A stretch of DNA of 43,813 bases from Chromatiales bacterium (GCA_024641465.1 JAHEDB010000001.1:1-43813); one strand, 5' to 3'. Positions 21,487 through 33,458 are shown, numbered from the stretch's first letter. Notes: generated from the letters alone by a model not told the origin. Numbers and translations are program-made.

Positions 21487-22569
21487 TTATGCCGCATTCC
21501 ACCATGGACCGACCCGGCCCAGAACCATCAGACCGATGACCAGCAACCAGACGATGGTGATTGGAATAAATACCTTCCAGCCCAGGCGCATGATCTGATC
21601 ATAACGATAGCGGGGGAATGTCGCCCGCAGCCAGAGGAAGTGAAATAGAATGAAGGAGATCTTGATCAGCAACCAGTGCATACCGCCACCTAACATAGCC
21701 CCCAACACCGGGATTGTGAAGATATACTCGGGCAGGATTCCCTGTAGCGGCGAGAGCCAGCCGCCCAGGAACATGATTGATGTCAGGGCGGCGATCAGGA
21801 TCATATTGGCATATTCCGCGAGGAAGAACACGGCAAAGGCCATCCCGGAATACTCGACGTGGAAACCGGCGACGATCTCGGATTCGCCCTCGGCCACGTC
21901 GAACGGGGCACGGTTGGTCTCCGCGACACCCGAAATAAAATAGATGATAAACAGGGGTAACAGGGGTAACCAGAACCAGTGGATCACACTACCCGACTGG
22001 GCGCGAACGATGTCACCTAGGTTCAGGCTGCCTGCCGCCATCAGCACACCCACCAGGGCAAAACCCATGGCAATTTCATAGGCAACGATTTGCGCCGCCG
22101 AACGCATGGCACCGAGCAAGGCATATTTTGAGTTGGAGGCCCAGCCTGCGATGATCACGCCATATACACCGACGGAAGTCACCGCCAACAAGTAAAGTAA
22201 CCCGGCATTGATATTCGCCAGCGCCATACCATCACTAAACGGAATCACCGCCCAGGCGGCAAGCGCCGGGGCAATGGATAACACAGGGCTGATCAGGAAC
22301 AGGTATTTATTTGAGCCGGTCGGAACAATGATTTCCTTGAACATCAGCTTCACGGCATCGGCGATGGGTTGCAACCAACCCTTGGGCCCAACCCGGTTCG
22401 GGCCAAGACGAACCTGCATATAGCCGATGATCTTGCGTTCCGCATAGGTCAGATAGGCCACACACAGCATCAAGGGCAAACTGATGGCAACGATTTTCAA
22501 AATGATCAGCGTCATCGTCTGCACGGCGAGCGGCAGGCTGGTAAAAATTGCTGTGACCCATTCAAACAT
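21487..22569 (-). CDS. nuoH: NADH-quinone oxidoreductase subunit H
   Basis: 360-aa ND1-family membrane subunit (...[23 protein letters not shown]...). Confidence 0.95.
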   Translation of the reverse strand: MFEWVTAIFTSLPLAVQTMTLIILKIVAISLPLMLCVAYLTYAERKIIGYMQVRLGPNRVGPKGWLQPIADAVKLMFKEIIVPTGSNKYLFLISPVLSIAPALAAWAVIPFSDGMALANINAGLLYLLAVTSVGVYGVIIAGWASNSKYALLGAMRSAAQIVAYEIAMGFALVGVLMAAGSLNLGDIVRAQSGSVIHWFWLPLLPLFIIYFISGVAETNRAPFDVAEGESEIVAGFHVEYSGMAFAVFFLAEYANMILIAALTSIMFLGGWLSPLQGILPEYIFTIPVLGAMLGGGMHWLLIKISFILFHFLWLRATFPRYRYDQIMRLGWKVFIPITIVWLLVIGLMVLGRVGPWWNAA

Positions 22570-22601
22570 ATGTATACCTGACGTTACGTCTTTTAAAATA
22601 T

Positions 22602-24980
22602 CTAACTCTTGGCCAGTTCAACCGGCCCGTAACTGCTGCCGAGATGCTCACTGCCAACAACTCCCACCGGTACCATGACACAATGCTCCGGTACGTCATC
22701 ATCGATTACTACCGGCAACACCGTCTGCACCCCACCCTGTACAAGAATACCCTGTGCGGAGCCGTTCAACTTGGTCCCGGCCAGGGTGCTGGCACTGATA
22801 TGCATGGCCGCGACAACGGCATCCCTGGTTTGCTGCAATGAGGGGGAACGGCGCACAATATTGTCCGTGGCATAGATCGGTAGTTGCCCTATTCTGGTCA
22901 GTTGGCCGGTAGCCTTTTTCAGGTTAGCGGGCTTGCGCCATTCTGTGCGCGAAGACGCTACAATATTTGCGCATTGTGCCTGACACTCGTCGCGGACTTC
23001 TTCGGCCGACATATAATCAAAGCCTTTTAGTTCCAGCAAATTACCCAGTACACGTAAAACCTTCCAGGCCGGTTTGGCATCACCCATGGGTTTGACACTG
23101 GCCGAGAAGCTCTGCCAACGGCCTTCAATATTGACAAAGGTGCCGGGTGTCTCGGTAAAAGTTGAAACAGGCAGAATGACGTCGGCATATGACTTCATTG
23201 TGTCGGTGATATAAGGCGATAGACAAATAACAAAATCACTTTCCTGCAACTTGAGCAGGGCATTGACCGGGTCCACACTATCGTACTCCGGCTCCAGATT
23301 TAACAGTAACAGCCCATTTAATGCCTCACCCAGCATGTCGCGACTGTTCATCCCTGCCTGGGCTAATGTAGCACCTGCCGGTCCACGATGTGGAATCGCA
23401 CCGGCCAGATAGGCGCCACTGCTGTTTGCCCCGGCCGGCAGATAACCAAGTTGAGCCCCACTCTGCTGTGCGATCACGTTAGCCAATGCACGGATCGTGG
23501 CAAACTCGGGTTGGTTCATCACCTGGGTGCCAATCAGTACGGTTGCCTTGTCCGCCGAATGCAGATATTTGGCAATATTGACATGTGCCTCCTGTGCCTC
23601 GGTGTTTGCTAACAGTTCAGTGAGTCCCGCCGGCGCGGTCTCACCGCTGACCGACAATAAGGCCTTGCAAATAGCTGCCATTTCCCAGCCTATATTGGCC
23701 GGGCTGGCGACAATATTTTCAGCCATCGGGAAATTGAATTCATAACTCAATGTGTTGACAAACATCATCCGCGCGCCCTTCAGGGCGGCTTTGCGCAGAC
23801 GATGGGCAATGATCGGTTGATCCTTGCGGATATTTGAACCGATCAACAAAGCCGCATTGACATTTTCCAGGTCGGCAATCGACTGCCCCAGGTTGGGCAT
23901 AAGCGGCTCGATATCCTGATCGCTGAAATCCATCTGGCGCGTGCGGTGGTCGATATTATTCGACCCCATTCCACGCATGAGTTTCTGTAGCAGGTACAGT
24001 TCCTCGACTGTAGAACAGTTGCTACCGATAGCCCCCAGTTTGTTCACCCCGTTAGCCTGTTTGGCGCGTTGCAAACCTTCCGCGGCATAGGAAAGCGCGG
24101 TCTCCCAATCGACGTGTTTCCAGGTCTTACCCTGCTTGATCATCGGTGACTCGGCGCGATCATTACTATAAAGACCGGAGTAACTAAAGCGATCCCGATC
24201 CGATAGCCAGACCTCATTAATCGATTCATTCTCACGGGGCAGTACCCGCATGACTTTGTTGCGCCGCACCTCGACGATCAGGTTTGAACCGACACAGTCG
24301 TGTGGTGAGATACTGTTATGTTGCTGGTTTTCCCAGGGGCGTCCGGTATAACGATAAGGCTTGGAAGTCAGGGCCCCCACCGGACAAAGATCGATCACAT
24401 TACCGGACATTTCGGAATCGATAGTGGATTCCACATAGGTACCGATCTCGGTGTGTTCGCCACGGCCGGTGGCACCCATCTCGCGGATACCGGCGATCTC
24501 TTCACCGAAACGTACACAACGCGTACAGTGAATACAACGGGTCATGTCGGTGGCGATCAACGGGCCGATATTCTTTTCGCGTATGACACGTTTCTTTTCC
24601 GCAAAACGGCTGACGGGACTGCCGAAACCCATGGCGATGTCCTGCAACTCACACTCACCACCCTGGTCACAGATCGGGCAATCGAGCGGATGATTGATCA
24701 GCAGAAACTCCATTACACTCTGTTGCGCCTCAAGTGCCCTGGCGGATTTGGTCTGCACCTTCATGCCTTCGGTAACCGGTGTGGCGCAGGCCGGCAAGGG
24801 CTTGGGGGCCTTTTCGACATCCACCAGACACATGCGGCAGTTGGCGGCTATCGACAGCTTCTTGTGATAACAGAAGCGCGGGATAGTGATCCCGGCGGCA
24901 TCGGCCGCTTCAATCACCATGCTGCCTTGCGGCACCTGTAATTTGATACCGTTAATCTCTATGTTCAGCGTGTCTGTCAT
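22602..24980 (-). CDS. nuoG: NADH-quinone oxidoreductase subunit G (75-kDa subunit)
   Basis: Fe-S Cys clusters ([39 protein letters not shown]) plus a molybdopterin-like domain. The ATG at 24980 ([14 protein letters not shown]...) is preferred over the GTG at 25013, which would overlap nuoF. Confidence 0.95.
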   Translation of the reverse strand: MTDTLNIEINGIKLQVPQGSMVIEAADAAGITIPRFCYHKKLSIAANCRMCLVDVEKAPKPLPACATPVTEGMKVQTKSARALEAQQSVMEFLLINHPLDCPICDQGGECELQDIAMGFGSPVSRFAEKKRVIREKNIGPLIATDMTRCIHCTRCVRFGEEIAGIREMGATGRGEHTEIGTYVESTIDSEMSGNVIDLCPVGALTSKPYRYTGRPWENQQHNSISPHDCVGSNLIVEVRRNKVMRVLPRENESINEVWLSDRDRFSYSGLYSNDRAESPMIKQGKTWKHVDWETALSYAAEGLQRAKQANGVNKLGAIGSNCSTVEELYLLQKLMRGMGSNNIDHRTRQMDFSDQDIEPLMPNLGQSIADLENVNAALLIGSNIRKDQPIIAHRLRKAALKGARMMFVNTLSYEFNFPMAENIVASPANIGWEMAAICKALLSVSGETAPAGLTELLANTEAQEAHVNIAKYLHSADKATVLIGTQVMNQPEFATIRALANVIAQQSGAQLGYLPAGANSSGAYLAGAIPHRGPAGATLAQAGMNSRDMLGEALNGLLLLNLEPEYDSVDPVNALLKLQESDFVICLSPYITDTMKSYADVILPVSTFTETPGTFVNIEGRWQSFSASVKPMGDAKPAWKVLRVLGNLLELKGFDYMSAEEVRDECQAQCANIVASSRTEWRKPANLKKATGQLTRIGQLPIYATDNIVRRSPSLQQTRDAVVAAMHISASTLAGTKLNGSAQGILVQGGVQTVLPVVIDDDVPEHCVMVPVGVVGSEHLGSSYGPVELAKS

Positions 24981-25000
24981 GTCTGTCGTTAAACCTTCAC

Positions 25001-26266
25001 CTAAACCATGCACTTGCGGTGTTCAATGTGATACTCGAATTCCTTGCGGAAATGCTTCAGAAAACTTGCCACTGGCATCGCGGCGGCATCGCCCAGGGCA
25101 CAGATGGTCCGACCGGCAATCCGGCTCGCCACATCGTCCAGCAGGTCCAGGTCTTCCGCACGCCCCTGGCCGTGTTCGATACGGTGCACCATTCTCGCCA
25201 GCCAGCCGGTGCCTTCCCGACAGGGAGTGCATTGCCCACAGGACTCTTCGTAATAAAAGTGTGACAGGCGGGCCAGGGTCTTGACCATGCAGGTGGTCTC
25301 ATCCATCACGATGACCGAGCCTGCGCCGAGCATAGTGCCCGCCTTGGACAGCGAGTCATAATCCATATCCAGATCCATCATGATCTTGCCCGGTACCACT
25401 GGTACCGATGAACCACCGGGTATGACTGCCTTCAGTTTATGACCGTTGCGTACCCCGCCGGCCATTTCCAGCAGTTTCGAAAACGGCGTACCGAGCGGTA
25501 CTTCAAAATTGCCCGGCTTGTTGACGTGGCCGGACACGCAAAATAATTTCGTCCCGCCATTATTCGGTTTACCCATTTCAAGGAACCACTTGCCGCCCTT
25601 TTCCAGGATCACCGGCACCGACGCCAGACTCTCGGTGTTATTAATGGTCGTAGGACGGCCATACAGACCAAAACCTGCCGGGAACGGTGGTTTGAAGCGG
25701 GGCTGGCCCTTCTTACCTTCGATGGATTCGAGCAGAGCGGTCTCTTCGCCACAGATGTAGGCACCAGCCCCAAGGTGAGTGGCCAGATCAAAATCCACAC
25801 CGGAACCCTTGATGTTCTTGCCGAGCAGACCGGCCTGATAGGCCTCCTGCAGGGCCGCTTCAAAGCGCTCGTAGGGTTCCCAGAATTCACCGCGGATATA
25901 GTTGTAACCCTGAGTCGCGCCGATACAATAACCGGCAATGGCCATCCCCTCGATCAACTGGTGGGGATTGAAGCGCAGGATATCCCGGTCTTTGCAGGTA
26001 CCCGGCTCGCCTTCGTCCGAGTTACAGACAATGTACTTCTGGCCGGGGGCATTACGCGGCATGAAACTCCACTTCAGACCGGTGGGAAACCCCGCCCCAC
26101 CGCGACCACGCAAAGCAGAAATTTTCAGTTGTTCGATCAATTCTTCCGGCGGGGTTTTATTTTGCAGAATGCGTTTCCATACCTGATAGCCGCCCACACT
26201 CTGGTAACTTTCCAGGGTCCACGGTTTATCAAGATGTAACGTTCTGAAACAAACCTCATTTGCCAT
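25001..26266 (-). CDS. nuoF: NADH-quinone oxidoreductase subunit F (51-kDa, NADH/FMN site)
   Basis: [20 protein letters not shown] motif and the [12 protein letters not shown] 4Fe-4S motif. Confidence 0.96.
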   Translation of the reverse strand: MANEVCFRTLHLDKPWTLESYQSVGGYQVWKRILQNKTPPEELIEQLKISALRGRGGAGFPTGLKWSFMPRNAPGQKYIVCNSDEGEPGTCKDRDILRFNPHQLIEGMAIAGYCIGATQGYNYIRGEFWEPYERFEAALQEAYQAGLLGKNIKGSGVDFDLATHLGAGAYICGEETALLESIEGKKGQPRFKPPFPAGFGLYGRPTTINNTESLASVPVILEKGGKWFLEMGKPNNGGTKLFCVSGHVNKPGNFEVPLGTPFSKLLEMAGGVRNGHKLKAVIPGGSSVPVVPGKIMMDLDMDYDSLSKAGTMLGAGSVIVMDETTCMVKTLARLSHFYYEESCGQCTPCREGTGWLARMVHRIEHGQGRAEDLDLLDDVASRIAGRTICALGDAAAMPVASFLKHFRKEFEYHIEHRKCMV

Positions 26267-26288
26267 ATCAGATTCTGCCTGTCTTGAA

Positions 26289-26801
26289 TTAGTTTAAACT
26301 GCTCAAAATTTTATCGATCTTCGCCGGGGTCAGCTTCTCATGATAAGTGTCACCGATCTGGATCACCGGGGCATCCACACAGGCGCCGAGGCATTCCACT
26401 TCCTTGAGGGTGATCCGACCATCGGGGGTGGTTTGCCCGAGCTTGATCCCCAGACGGCTTTCAAGATGATTGACGATCTCATCCGAGGCACACAACATGC
26501 ATGAGATATTGGTGCAAACGCAGATCTTGTGTCGGCCGACCGGCTTCAGCTCATACATGGAGTAGAAGGTCGCCACTTCATAGACCGCGATGGACGGCAT
26601 CTCAAGATACTCCGCCACGGCATCCATCAGTTCATCGGTCAGGAAGCCGCCATTCTGGTCCTGCACGATGCGTAACGCCGCCATCACTGCCGACTGTTTT
26701 TGATTCGCAGGATACTTGGCAACCCAGCGATCAATATCGTCACGCGAAACCTGCTTGATCAGGTCCAGCTTGCTCTGTTTCTTACTACACGGTGTTGTCA
26801 T
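26289..26801 (-). CDS. nuoE: NADH-quinone oxidoreductase subunit E (24-kDa, 2Fe-2S)
   Basis: 170 aa with the thioredoxin-like 2Fe-2S Cys pattern (CVCTNISC...CLGAC). ATGA overlap with the nuoD stop. Confidence 0.94.
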   Translation of the reverse strand: MTTPCSKKQSKLDLIKQVSRDDIDRWVAKYPANQKQSAVMAALRIVQDQNGGFLTDELMDAVAEYLEMPSIAVYEVATFYSMYELKPVGRHKICVCTNISCMLCASDEIVNHLESRLGIKLGQTTPDGRITLKEVECLGACVDAPVIQIGDTYHEKLTPAKIDKILSSLN

Positions 26802-28051
26802 CGATCAATTTCTCCGAACACGACATCCATGCTGCCAATGATGGCTACCACGTCGGCCAGCATGTGGCCGCTGGCCATTTCATTCATGGCTGACAGATGG
26901 ACAAAACCCGGCGCACGGATCTTCAGCCGATAGGGTTTGTTGGCGCCATCGGTCACCAGATAAATACCGAATTCACCCTTGGGATGCTCAACCGCAGCAT
27001 AGGCCTCGCCGGCCGGTAAGGTATAACCCTCGGTAAACAGCTTAAAGTGATGGATCAGGGACTCCATATTGCCCTTCATCTCTTCACGCGGTGGCGGTGT
27101 GAACTTGTGATCATCGAGCATCACCGGACCGGGGTTCTTGCGCAACCAGTCGATACACTGTTTAATAATGCGATTGGACTGGCGCAGTTCCTCGACGCGC
27201 ACCAGATAACGATCATAACAATCGCCATTAACCCCTACCGGGATATCAAACTTCACTCGGTCATAGACTTCATAGGGTTGCTTCTTGCGCAGGTCCCATT
27301 CGACACCCGAGCCGCGCAGCATGGCGCCGGTAAAGCCGAGTTGCTTGGCGCGCTCCGGTGAGACAACACCGATACCGACGGTACGCTGTTTCCAGATACG
27401 ATTGTCGGTCAGCAGGGTTTCATAATCGTCGACATAACCCGGGAAGCGATTGGTAAAGTCCTCGATGAAGTCGAGCAGTGAGCCCCGACGGTTTTCGTTC
27501 AGACGTTTGACATCCTTCTCATTCTTCCACTTGGACAGTTCGTACTGTGGCATCTGGTCCGGCAGGTCGCGATATACACCACCGGCACGGTAATAGGCGG
27601 CATGCATGCGTGCGCCGGATACCGCCTCATACATGTCCATCAGGTCTTCACGTTCGCGGAAGCAGTACAGGAATACGGTCATCGCGCCGATATCCAGCGC
27701 ATGGGTGCCGAGCCACATCATGTGGTTGAGGATACGGGTGATCTCGTCAAACATGACACGGATATACTGGGCCCGGATCGGGACTTCCACGCCGAGCATT
27801 TTTTCCAGCGCCAGCACATAACCATGCTCATTGCACATCATCGAGACATAGTCGAGGCGGTCCATATACGGGAGGCTTTGATTAAACGGCTTGGACTCTG
27901 CAAGTTTCTCCGTGCCGCGATGCAGCAGACCAACATGCGGGTCGGCGCGTTCGATCACCTCACCGTCCATCTCCAGTACCAGTCGCAACACACCGTGCGC
28001 CGCCGGATGCTGTGGGCCAAAGTTGAGGGTGTAATTACGAATCTCGGACAT
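26798..28051 (-). CDS. nuoD: NADH-quinone oxidoreductase subunit D (49-kDa)
   Basis: 417 aa, [15 protein letters not shown] signature. Separate from nuoC, not fused as in E. coli. Confidence 0.96.
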   Translation of the reverse strand: MSEIRNYTLNFGPQHPAAHGVLRLVLEMDGEVIERADPHVGLLHRGTEKLAESKPFNQSLPYMDRLDYVSMMCNEHGYVLALEKMLGVEVPIRAQYIRVMFDEITRILNHMMWLGTHALDIGAMTVFLYCFREREDLMDMYEAVSGARMHAAYYRAGGVYRDLPDQMPQYELSKWKNEKDVKRLNENRRGSLLDFIEDFTNRFPGYVDDYETLLTDNRIWKQRTVGIGVVSPERAKQLGFTGAMLRGSGVEWDLRKKQPYEVYDRVKFDIPVGVNGDCYDRYLVRVEELRQSNRIIKQCIDWLRKNPGPVMLDDHKFTPPPREEMKGNMESLIHHFKLFTEGYTLPAGEAYAAVEHPKGEFGIYLVTDGANKPYRLKIRAPGFVHLSAMNEMASGHMLADVVAIIGSMDVVFGEIDR

Positions 28052-28054
28052 GGC

Positions 28055-28666
28055 TTAACTCTCTTCTGGCATCCGGCCGGTGTAACGATGGTCATCGCGC
28101 ACGACACGTACCTGATTGACACGCGGCTCGATGGTCACAGGTTGATATATGACTCGGCGTTTTTCCGGGTCATAGCGCATCTCGACATGTCCGGTGAGCG
28201 GGAAATCTTTGCGGAAGGGATGGCCGATAAAACCGTAATCGGTCAGGATGCGTCGCAGGTCGGGATGACCGTCGAACACGATACCAAACAGGTCAAAGGC
28301 CTCGCGCTCATACCAGTTGGCGGAACTCCAGATATTCACCACCGAATCCACTACCGGCATCTCATCATCGGCAAAGACCTTTACACGCAGGCGATGATTG
28401 TGTTTGATGGAAATCAGGTGATAGGCAACCGCGAAACGCGGCCCCTGCCAGATACCGTCACCATATTCGCTGTAGTCCACACCGGACAGATCAATCAGTT
28501 CTTCAAATTTGAATTCGGCCTCATCGCGCAGGGCCGTCGCAACCTGCTGCAACTGCGCCTTGTCCACCACGATATTGGCCTCACCGAAATGCACGCTTGA
28601 ACCGGTGATCGCATTTCCGAAACGGCTGGTCAGGGATTCAATCAGATTCAGATAATACTCAGACAT
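28055..28666 (-). CDS. nuoC: NADH-quinone oxidoreductase subunit C (30-kDa)
   Basis: 203 aa, ...[26 protein letters not shown]... signature. Confidence 0.95.
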   Translation of the reverse strand: MSEYYLNLIESLTSRFGNAITGSSVHFGEANIVVDKAQLQQVATALRDEAEFKFEELIDLSGVDYSEYGDGIWQGPRFAVAYHLISIKHNHRLRVKVFADDEMPVVDSVVNIWSSANWYEREAFDLFGIVFDGHPDLRRILTDYGFIGHPFRKDFPLTGHVEMRYDPEKRRVIYQPVTIEPRVNQVRVVRDDHRYTGRMPEES

Positions 28667-28692
28667 TCAATCGATTACTCTTATATATAGTA

Positions 28693-29169
28693 TTAGCGGG
28701 CAATGGTATTGGTACGGCGAATCTTGTTCTGCAACTGGATGATGCCGTACAACAGGGCCTCGGCCGTGGGCGGGCAGCCTGGTACATAGATATCAACCGG
28801 CACAACCCGATCACATCCACGCACCACCGCATAGGAGTAGTGGTAGTAGCCACCGCCATTGGCGCACGAACCCATGGAGATCACCCAACGGGGCTCGGCC
28901 ATCTGGTCATACACCTTGCGCAGCGCCGGCGCCATCTTGTTGACCAATGTACCGGCGACGATCATTACATCGGACTGACGCGGGCTGGGTCGAAACACAA
29001 CCCCCATCCGATCCATATCATAACGGGAGGCGGCGGCCTGCATCATCTCGACCGCGCAACAGGCCAGACCGAAGGTCATCGGCCACATCGAGCCGGTGCG
29101 TGCCCAGTTGATCAGTTTGTCCGCGGTGGTGGTAAACACACCTTCGTTAAAGGTACCTTCTATTCCCAT
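28693..29169 (-). CDS. nuoB: NADH-quinone oxidoreductase subunit B (20-kDa, N2 cluster)
   Basis: 158 aa with the [19 protein letters not shown] and GCPP motifs. Confidence 0.96.
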   Translation of the reverse strand: MGIEGTFNEGVFTTTADKLINWARTGSMWPMTFGLACCAVEMMQAAASRYDMDRMGVVFRPSPRQSDVMIVAGTLVNKMAPALRKVYDQMAEPRWVISMGSCANGGGYYHYSYAVVRGCDRVVPVDIYVPGCPPTAEALLYGIIQLQNKIRRTNTIAR

Positions 29170-29516
29170 TCAAGGGCCCCTTTCTTCCACTCATAGATAA
29201 AACCAATAACCAGTATCCCCAGAAAGATCGCCATGGCGGTATAACCGAACATGCCGATATCGGTCAGCACCACGGCCCAGGGGAATAAAAAGGCAATCTC
29301 TAAATCGAAAATAATAAACAGGATGGCGACGAGGTAATAGCGCACGTCGAATTTCATGCGGGCATCTTCAAATGCCTCGAATCCGCACTCGTAGGGGGAA
29401 AGCTTTTCACTATCGGGACGATTGGGCGAAAGGATGAAACCCAGCACAATCATGATACCGCCGATGGCGATGCCAACGACCATGAAAACCAGAACTGGAA
29501 GATAATTCTCCAGCAT
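29160..29516 (-). CDS. nuoA: NADH-quinone oxidoreductase subunit A
   Basis: 118 aa, three TM helices, ND3 family (...YECGFE...). First gene of the operon. Confidence 0.94.
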   Translation of the reverse strand: MLENYLPVLVFMVVGIAIGGIMIVLGFILSPNRPDSEKLSPYECGFEAFEDARMKFDVRYYLVAILFIIFDLEIAFLFPWAVVLTDIGMFGYTAMAIFLGILVIGFIYEWKKGALEWE

Positions 29517-30040
29517 ATAATTCCTCTCTCCCCTTTGTGGCGTTGCTATTTTATGTCAACAGCAAATTAGTATTTTGTTTCTCGCCTGAGCACTAAAGGC
29601 TAGTCAGTCTAGGCAGACTGCAAGATCGTGTCAAGTTTAGTTCCTAATGAAAAAGATAATAAAAACATCAACATACTTAATTTGCTGGGGGTATAAAAAA
29701 TTTCGGTGTAAAAAAATAAATACAATACAGCACCTTCGCACAATAAAACACGTTATGCAGGATCAAATTAATTCATCCTTGTAGCTTTGGTCTGGCGTTC
29801 AGACAACACCCATCGATAATTTCAGTTACGGTTCGTTCTTTTCATAAGCATATAAGCCTTCACTAATACTCAACATTCTATCTGAGCGGTGTGTACGGAT
29901 TACTGATGTATGTCAACTGGACATGTGTTGCTGATGTAACAGCCAGATCATTTTATGGTTATTACCATAAACAAGCGCGACAAGCTGTCATGGGAAAATC
30001 ACGCCTGACCAGAGGGGATCGCCGGGTGAATTAACTCAAA

Positions 30041-31069
30041 CTAACCGATGCGCCTGAGTATCTGTACCCGCCGGTTATAGGCATCGACGATATATATATA
30101 GTATCCTGATGTCGCAATTCCACTAGGGATATTAAAGAGCCCGGGGCCCGTTCCCGCGCCACCAATGGGCAGCAGGAAGTGTCCGCCCTTGTCGTAGATC
30201 AGCAGGTGATCAAAATGGGCATCAACTATATATATAGTGTCCTGGTCATCCAGCGCGATACCCTTTGGTTTACTGAACTCACCCAAGCGATCACCCAGCT
30301 TTCCAAAGTGGCTCTTTGGGCGGTGCAATTTATCAAAAATCTGTACCCGAAAGTTCATGCTGTCTGTGACGTACAAATTGCCCTGCCGGTCGAAGGCCAG
30401 GTGGGTCGGGTAATTGAATTTGCCCGTTCCGGCCCCACGCTTGCCAAATTGCCCGAGTTTTTTACCTGACGGGTAATAGATATGGATATTGTGCCCCAGG
30501 GTATCGAGCACATAAATATTGCCCGTGACCGGTTGGACCGCGATATCGGTCGGCCGAAGCCAGGCCTTGTCCGTTATCCGGCCCAGGCTATCACCCGTTG
30601 CTGAAAGGCGGTAAATCACCCGCGCCTCGGAATCACTAACCAGGATCTCTCCCTGTGCGGTCAAGGCCGTCCCTAGCGGACTGATCAGTCTATCCTCCCC
30701 CACTTGCTGAATAAATCGATAATCATCATTTGTTGCGCCGATGATATGTATCGCGGCGGCGCCAGGATCGGTCACCACCATCAGCCCCTTGGCGGATACG
30801 GCGATATCGTGAGGTCTTTTGAAGTGACGGCTTGGCTGATCGCCAAACAGGAAACTCGTCAGCTGGGATAAAAGACCCTCGTTTTGGGTTTCCGCTTCAC
30901 CATAGATCGACGTCACATATTCGAAGCGTGCCCTGGCGGGGGGCAAGGGCCAGCGGCTCGGTATCTGACTGGCCGCCGCCGGTTCGGCAATCGCCGCCGT
31001 TGACAGCGTGGCCATCCACATAGCAGTCAACAGGCCAAACTGACCAAAGATATTAAAGTATAGTTTCAT
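30041..31069 (-). CDS. Secreted six-bladed NHL-repeat beta-propeller protein (paralog 1)
   Basis: 342 aa with a signal peptide (...LSTAAIAEP). N-terminal WPLPPARARFEY motif followed by six blades ending in the hydrophobic-Y-V/I-x-D pattern (LMVVTD, ILVSDS, IYVLDT, LYVTDS, IYIVDA, IYIVDA). ATGA overlap with the upstream gene. Confidence 0.85.
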   Translation of the reverse strand: MKLYFNIFGQFGLLTAMWMATLSTAAIAEPAAASQIPSRWPLPPARARFEYVTSIYGEAETQNEGLLSQLTSFLFGDQPSRHFKRPHDIAVSAKGLMVVTDPGAAAIHIIGATNDDYRFIQQVGEDRLISPLGTALTAQGEILVSDSEARVIYRLSATGDSLGRITDKAWLRPTDIAVQPVTGNIYVLDTLGHNIHIYYPSGKKLGQFGKRGAGTGKFNYPTHLAFDRQGNLYVTDSMNFRVQIFDKLHRPKSHFGKLGDRLGEFSKPKGIALDDQDTIYIVDAHFDHLLIYDKGGHFLLPIGGAGTGPGLFNIPSGIATSGYYIYIVDAYNRRVQILRRIG

Positions 31070-32106
31070 GGATAGGGTAGCCAGGCTTCCGGGGTGCGGC
31101 GGAAGATCTGCAGGCGTGATGAACCCATTTCGGAAGTGAACAGCCGTTGCCGGGACTGGTCAAAGCTGATATCAGTCAGTTCAACAAATTTCCCCCTGCC
31201 TCGGCCCAGGGCGCCAAGGCTGAGTATTTTCTGCCCGGCAGTATCCAGTACCACTACCTGACTCCGCTCCCTGTCGGCGATATAGATCACGTCGGTTTTT
31301 TCCACACCAATGGCCACCGGTTCACGAAAATACTCTTTATCCAGCTCGATGGTCTGCAACCAGGCACCGTGTGGACTGAATTTCTGAATGCGCCGGGTGA
31401 TAGCCTCCAGAATATAGAGGTTACCATCCATATCAGCCGTCAGGTCAGACAGCCCTGAGAAACGTCCCCTGTCCTTACCCTGTTCGCCAAACATATAAAG
31501 AAATACCCCACTCAGGCTAAACACATAGACCCGGCCCTGAAAACTATCTGCAACATAAAGGCGTTGCCTTATCTCATCCACCGCGAGCCGGTCCGGGCGA
31601 GTCCACAGTAATGCCGCACCGAACTGGCGAATAAACTGTCCGTTGTCCTGATACACAAGGACCTGCGCCTTGAGTGAGTCGAGCAGATAGATCCGTTTCA
31701 TATCATCAACGGCGACATCCTTTATGGCCGTCACAGCCCTGCCATTAGTGTATTTCAGGGTGTTGACTGTGTTTCGATATCGATCAACCACATGGGCGCT
31801 GCCGCGATCCTGATCGACAACAACCATCAGGTCCCTGCTGGCGGCCACACGGTAGGGTCTGATCATTTGCAGGTTTTGCCCGCTACCAGTGGCTATTCCA
31901 ATGTAAGCAGAGACGGCCTGGTTGATATCAACTGCTTGCTCATAGATCAGCCGTGCCGGGGTCGGTGGTAAAGGCCAAACCAGACCATCATCACCGGCCT
32001 GGGTGACCATTTGCAAAAATCCCTGACAGCCTGACAAACTCATGGCCAGCACTAAACCGGCCAGGATCATCAACCGTGTTTGCATGAGGGAGTAAGGCTT
32101 TGTCAT
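31066..32106 (-). CDS. NHL-repeat beta-propeller lipoprotein (paralog 2)
   Basis: 346 aa with lipobox LSGC, the motif VWPLPPTPARLIY and six NHL-like blades (IYLLDS, LYVADS, LYILEA, IYIADR ...). Confidence 0.85.
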   Translation of the reverse strand: MTKPYSLMQTRLMILAGLVLAMSLSGCQGFLQMVTQAGDDGLVWPLPPTPARLIYEQAVDINQAVSAYIGIATGSGQNLQMIRPYRVAASRDLMVVVDQDRGSAHVVDRYRNTVNTLKYTNGRAVTAIKDVAVDDMKRIYLLDSLKAQVLVYQDNGQFIRQFGAALLWTRPDRLAVDEIRQRLYVADSFQGRVYVFSLSGVFLYMFGEQGKDRGRFSGLSDLTADMDGNLYILEAITRRIQKFSPHGAWLQTIELDKEYFREPVAIGVEKTDVIYIADRERSQVVVLDTAGQKILSLGALGRGRGKFVELTDISFDQSRQRLFTSEMGSSRLQIFRRTPEAWLPYP

Positions 32107-32115
32107 ATACTCTGG

Positions 32116-32943
32116 TTATTTCACCGCATTCTTTGCCTGCTTGCTCACGGAGTGACAGCGATTACAATCCGCGATAGGAAACGCCACCTTGCCGTGGCAG
32201 ACACCGCAATACTCGCCACTATTGATTTTCTTCATAGTAATCGGGTTTCCACCCCGTTTCATCTGGAAAATATCGGGATGACAATTGCTACAATCCAGCC
32301 AGGCGGTATGTGCCTTATGCGGGAACAATACATTGTTCATTGTACCCGCTACCTCCATGGGTATGTTCATGTCCAGAGTAAACTGCTCCTTTGAACCAAA
32401 CTGATCCGCCCGCGGGTTGATCTGGTGTTTGTTAAGTGCGGCCACCCAGTTAACCCCATTACCGAAGGTAGCCGTTGGCAATGTCTTGAGTGCCTCCAGC
32501 GGCGGTTGCAGATCATGTAAATCCGCTGCCGGATCATGCACACCATCATCGATCAACGCCTGGACCACGGCTTTCTCGCGTTTGAATCGATAAAAGTCAT
32601 TGGGGTCCCGGCCGCGTTGTTTTGTTTCATATTTCTTTTCAATTTCCACCTTGGATTTCATGATCTTCTTGACCTGCGTCACGCGCGCGGTCTTATCGTC
32701 CTTGCCGGATGGCGCTTGTGTCTTTGCACTATCATCCTGCTGGATTTTTTCGGCTTCTTTCCTGACATCGTCCAAAGAAGGTACGACAGCCGAACTGCCG
32801 GCCGATGCATCCTGTGCCGCAGGTGCAACTATTGCCTTGTCACCACCGGTCTCCTGCTTGACGGCATCATCGGTAGTGGCGCAGGCGGTTACCGACATCA
32901 GTATCAACAGTAAAATACTTTTACGATTTTGTTTACATAACAT
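32116..32943 (-). CDS. Trihaem c-type cytochrome lipoprotein (c7/c3-like C-terminal domain behind a long charged linker)
   Basis: Three CXXCH motifs (CSNCH, CGVCH, CNRCH) within the last ~60 aa. Lipobox VTAC. The ATG at 32943 has an AGGTGA Shine-Dalgarno; the ORF-track start at 32952 is GTG. Confidence 0.85.
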   Translation of the reverse strand: MLCKQNRKSILLLILMSVTACATTDDAVKQETGGDKAIVAPAAQDASAGSSAVVPSLDDVRKEAEKIQQDDSAKTQAPSGKDDKTARVTQVKKIMKSKVEIEKKYETKQRGRDPNDFYRFKREKAVVQALIDDGVHDPAADLHDLQPPLEALKTLPTATFGNGVNWVAALNKHQINPRADQFGSKEQFTLDMNIPMEVAGTMNNVLFPHKAHTAWLDCSNCHPDIFQMKRGGNPITMKKINSGEYCGVCHGKVAFPIADCNRCHSVSKQAKNAVK

Positions 32944-32948
32944 AAGTA

Positions 32949-33320
32949 TCACCTAGTTTTCTTTACTTGCTTATCTTTTTCTTCGGTGGCTGTCCCGGTA
33001 TGACATCGATCACAATACACCGGCGCCCAGGCAATCTTGCCGTTATGACAGGCCCCGCAGAACTGGCCACCGGCAATCTTGTTCATATCTATATGATTAG
33101 CCTCACGTTTCATTTTAAATCCAAGCTGTTGATGGCAGACCAGGCAGCGGAAACGAATGCGATGAAACCAGTGCGGGAACACCGCCGGTCGCATACCGTT
33201 TTTTTCCGAGTAGTTATTTATCCGCACATCGCCGTATTCGGCCTTAGCCGTGGATATAAAGAGAAAAAATCCCAGCATAATGACGACCATCCCAATCACG
33301 CGATATATACATCGTGACAT
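32949..33320 (-). CDS. Small trihaem c-type cytochrome with an N-terminal membrane anchor or uncleaved signal
   Basis: 123 aa with a GGAGG Shine-Dalgarno. The hydrophobic segment VIGMVVIMLGFFLFISTAKA is followed by CLVCH, CGACH and CDRCH. The domain is a paralog of the C-terminus of the downstream gene. Confidence 0.85.
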   Translation of the reverse strand: MSRCIYRVIGMVVIMLGFFLFISTAKAEYGDVRINNYSEKNGMRPAVFPHWFHRIRFRCLVCHQQLGFKMKREANHIDMNKIAGGQFCGACHNGKIAWAPVYCDRCHTGTATEEKDKQVKKTR

Positions 33321-33458
33321 AATAAAAATACCTCCAAACCTATCATCTATTCCAAAAAGTAAAACCAGCCAGTTCTATGCAAGCCTTATAAAAACTTCAG
33401 CATAACTGCTATCCAATATATAACGCACAAAAATATAATCAGCACACCTCCGAATCCA

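Noticed and set aside
27602-28600. 332-aa ORF on the plus strand
   Set aside because: It lies antisense to nuoD and nuoC, has shadow-ORF composition and has no independent support.
30085-30245. Two (TA)5-containing stretches (gatatatatatagt / ctatatatatagtg) in the NHL gene, considered as a possible microsatellite or phase-variation site
   Set aside because: They encode the conserved blade motif IYIVD (codons ATA TAT ATA) in two repeats of the same protein. The repeat is explained by protein-level repetition.
15060-31069. Functional coupling of the nuo operon with the adjacent cytochrome island (for example reverse electron flow)
   Set aside because: The only evidence is adjacency on the same strand. 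A 524-bp AT-rich spacer with presumably its own promoter separates them. It is kept as a low-interest read-through question only.
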